From: Felis catus
Lineage: Eukaryota
DNA: 64,000 nt
Assembly (NCBI RefSeq): GCF_018350175.1
Contig: NC_058368.1
Coordinates: forward strand, 25,422,001 to 25,486,000
Direction of reading: 5' to 3'
Shown here piece after piece: positions 61,104 through 64,000 of this stretch (its first letter is position 1; each line of letters begins with the position of its first letter). The position numbers were made by a program, and so were the translations under genes. The notes beneath the pieces were generated by a model. The model was given only the letters and a program-made list of their open reading frames with translations. It ran no database searches and was not told the DNA's origin.

Positions 61104-61470
61104 TATATATATATACATATATATACATATATACTATATATATATACATATACATATATACATATATGTATACATATATACATATATACATATATACATA
61201 TATGTATACATATATACATGTATACATATATATGTATATATACATATATACATAGATGTATACATATATACATATATACATATATACATATATGTATACA
61301 TATATACATATATATGTATATACATACATATATATACATATACATATACATATATATACATATATACATATATATAGTCATGTTTGTTTATTTATTATTT
61401 ATATAATTTATATATTTATATAATATTTATATAAATATTTATATTAATATTTATATATTATATATATAAT
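61104..61470. repeat. AT-rich (TA/CA) low-complexity tandem array
   Basis: TATATACA-type units followed by an almost pure A/T tract. Confidence 0.95.
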
Positions 61471-63124
61471 GAAGTATTTTATCAATTCTGCTTCTATGCA
61501 ACCTACGGATTACCTAGGGGCATGAGGGAACTTTTGAAAGTGATGGAAATGTCCTGGTTTTCTCAAATGTTCTCTTGTCATCTATTGTTAAACGTTCCAT
61601 CTCTGTTGTGGCGGTGGTCTCACAACTACACACGTATGTGAGAACCGATCAAATTGTACATTTTCAACACGTGTTGTACTCGCGGTGTACTCGTTATACC
61701 ACAGCAGAATTGGGGCAAGGGAGAATGAAGCAGATCTGTGAGCAACGGCATGGACGAAGGTTCATCATCTTTTGTGGAATTAAGAAAGCCAGCAAGCTGC
61801 TGAACAAGCTGAACAGGATCCCATATTTAGCTAAAAAATTACATGCACACACAGAAAAAAAAAAAGGTCTGAAAAGATAAGCAGCAAATCGTTATTAGTT
61901 GTCGTCCCTAGGAGTTGGTCTGGCAGAGCAGGTAGAAGGGTGGCCAGAAGGGTGGAGGACAAGGGCTTCGTTATTTCAAGATTGCTTGTTGGAAAAGAAC
62001 TGTTAAAGAATGAACATAGGTTGGGGATGAGACTAAGGGAATTCTAGTTTCCGGCTCTGCTGGTCACTAGCTCTGAGTCCAGATCTCAATTTCCTAAAAC
62101 AAAACGTACGTGTTTATAGCAATACGCCACCAAGCGGCCTGTTCACACCCGCCCAAATCACACAGATAGTCCCTGCGCTGCCGAAGGTCACCTCGCTGGT
62201 GCGCAAGAGGGCAGGCCTGGGCCGGAGGACACACGCAGTCACCTGCAGCCGGGAGCTTTCAGCCGCTCCAGCCCGAGTCAAGTACATCAGGCAATGCGTG
62301 TCTTCCACTCTGCGGCGGCCTCATTTTATGCTACCTAATTCGTGTTCTGGGGGATGGTTTTAATCCATGATGTGTGCAAATGCTATTGCAGGGTTGCCAT
62401 AGAGAAACTAAGTTCACTTGCTGGACATTAAAAGACCCGTGTCGCGGTGGTTTGAGAAGCCTTTCAGGAAAGGGTGGAGGGAAAGAGACTTATGACTGCC
62501 TTCTGACATGAAGACCATGGGCGTGGACGTCACAGCAGCCAGGGAACCGAGGGGCAGACGGGGGATCTGGCAAGGAAAGAAAGAAACTGGAGGCACAGTG
62601 GGACTTCAGGGGACTGAGCAACTGCTAGAAACCCACCTCCGGCGAGTGTCCGTGAACGTGGACTTGAACCTCTGCTCGAGTTAATTCCGCCTACAGCACT
62701 CACTCAGCTGGCATTTCCACCGCCAGGGACCAGAGCGGTTGTATGTGCACAGCATGGAAATTGTTAGCACATACCAATGGGAAATCTAATATAACGGAGC
62801 CCTGGCACGAGGTCTGAAACGGGGCCCTCCTCCCCCGACACAAAGCAGGTCCCCTCCTTGCTCCCATCAGCAGGGATGGTGGGGAGGGGAGGTCTTGGTG
62901 ATCTCTGACTGACTGTTGTGGGTCGAGACAGGGTGTGGAGCTCCCAGTTTTAAAACTAACGGCCTCGCCTGTGAACTTTTGTGTGTGTGAATAAAACCAA
63001 AACGACAAAAAAAGCAAAAACACGTCTCTTCTTTTTCAAATTAAATACCTTTCATGATTACATCATGGCATAACATGCAGATACTCAACCAGCCTAATCT
63101 CCATCCTTTATTTCAAAAAAATTA

Positions 63125-63325
63125 TTTTATAGAGAGTGTGTGTGTGAGTGGGGGAAGAGAGGCAGAGAGGGAGAGGGACAGGGACAGGGAGAGAGAATGA
63201 ATCTTAAGCAGGCTCCCAGATCAGTGCAGAGGCCCACATGGGGCTCGTTCCCTCCACCCTCAGATCATGACCCCAGCAGAAATCAAGAGTCGGAGGCTTA
63301 ACCGACTGAGCCACCCAGGCGCCCC
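63125..63325 (-). mobile_element. Can-SINE
   Basis: ...ACCGACTGAGCCACCCAGGCGCCC. Confidence 0.87.
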
Positions 63326-63519
63326 TATATCCTGTATTTTTAAATTTTCATCTGCAAATTTCATTACGTGTGACTGGCATTTTGTTCAATACAACTGGCA
63401 ACCCCAAGCAAAGGAAGGAGAAGAAAAAACAATTTTTTTTCACTTTTTATATATTTATTTATACTCCCTTACTGGGATGTGAGCTTACTAGAGAAGAGCT
63501 GTGGCCATCAAGTCCAGGG

Positions 63520-64000
63520 ATGCTGCTGGTTCCGCGGTCCTGGGTCCCCGCTTCCCTTCCCTTGGCCTCTCAGCCCCAATTCTACCCCCTGGGAGTTAGT
63601 GGTTCTGGTACGTTGTGGCCGCTGCGCTCAGGGGCGCCCCCAGGTGGCGGCGGCTGCTCCGCGGGGCCCGTGCTCGAGCGCCTGGCCGGCTCACCCCCTA
63701 CACCCGCCACAGGCACAGGCGGGAGGAGCCCAGGCTGTCCCCGGACCAAGGCTGGGTCTCTGGCCCAGGGCAACCCCGCCCACGTCTGTGTGAGAAGCGC
63801 GGAGACAGCCCCGGCGCATCGGTAATGGGCTGCTTGGGGACTCCTGTCCACTCCTGGCGGATTGCAAGCGGTCACGGCCCACCTCCCCGCTGGAGAACAC
63901 AGTCTCGAGGTCTCTTCATTTATTCCACAGTTGTCGCTTGAGACCCACCACTCATCGCTGCGAGGCTTACCCCAGGGTCTGCGGTCCAGATTTTTGCCTG
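63520..64000. promoter_or_regulatory. Edge of a second CpG-rich region
   Basis: Sharp rise in GC and CpG that continues to the window end. Confidence 0.55.

Noticed and set aside
61000..61406. Tyr/Ile/His-rich ORFs on both strands
   Set aside because: Translation of the TA/CA microsatellite.
63370..63941. Overlapping 97-151 aa ORFs
   Set aside because: GC-rich low-complexity frames without coherent splice or domain evidence.

Overview
Mammalian genomic DNA. The dense tRNA-derived Can-SINEs of the felid SINEC_Fc type and the carnivore L1 3' ends indicate a cat or other felid. The window holds most of COG3 (conserved oligomeric Golgi complex subunit 3) on the minus strand: a CpG-island promoter (~56.7-57.7 kb) and coding exons 1-19 (57244 down to 2389, 2154 nt = 718 codons). 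All introns are GT-AG with consistent phases, and the last coding exons lie beyond position 1. Introns and flank carry ~45 SINEs, several L1 fragments with target-site duplications, DNA-transposon relics, an LTR-like element and microsatellites. The other ORFs in the track are repeat, antisense or low-complexity artefacts. I found no novel protein-coding system. The most interesting signals are RNA-level: (1) a ~190-bp, ~93%-identical inverted duplication in intron 13 whose mismatches favour G.U pairs on the COG3 strand; (2) a 298-nt candidate poison exon in intron 14; (3) the conserved I635V A-to-I recoding site in exon 17, with candidate pairing partners; (4) a hairpin enclosing the exon 7 donor; (5) a GASE/ETS-rich promoter; (6) a fold-back AT-rich palindrome upstream. 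Repeat boundaries are approximate and family names are from recall, not from a database search.
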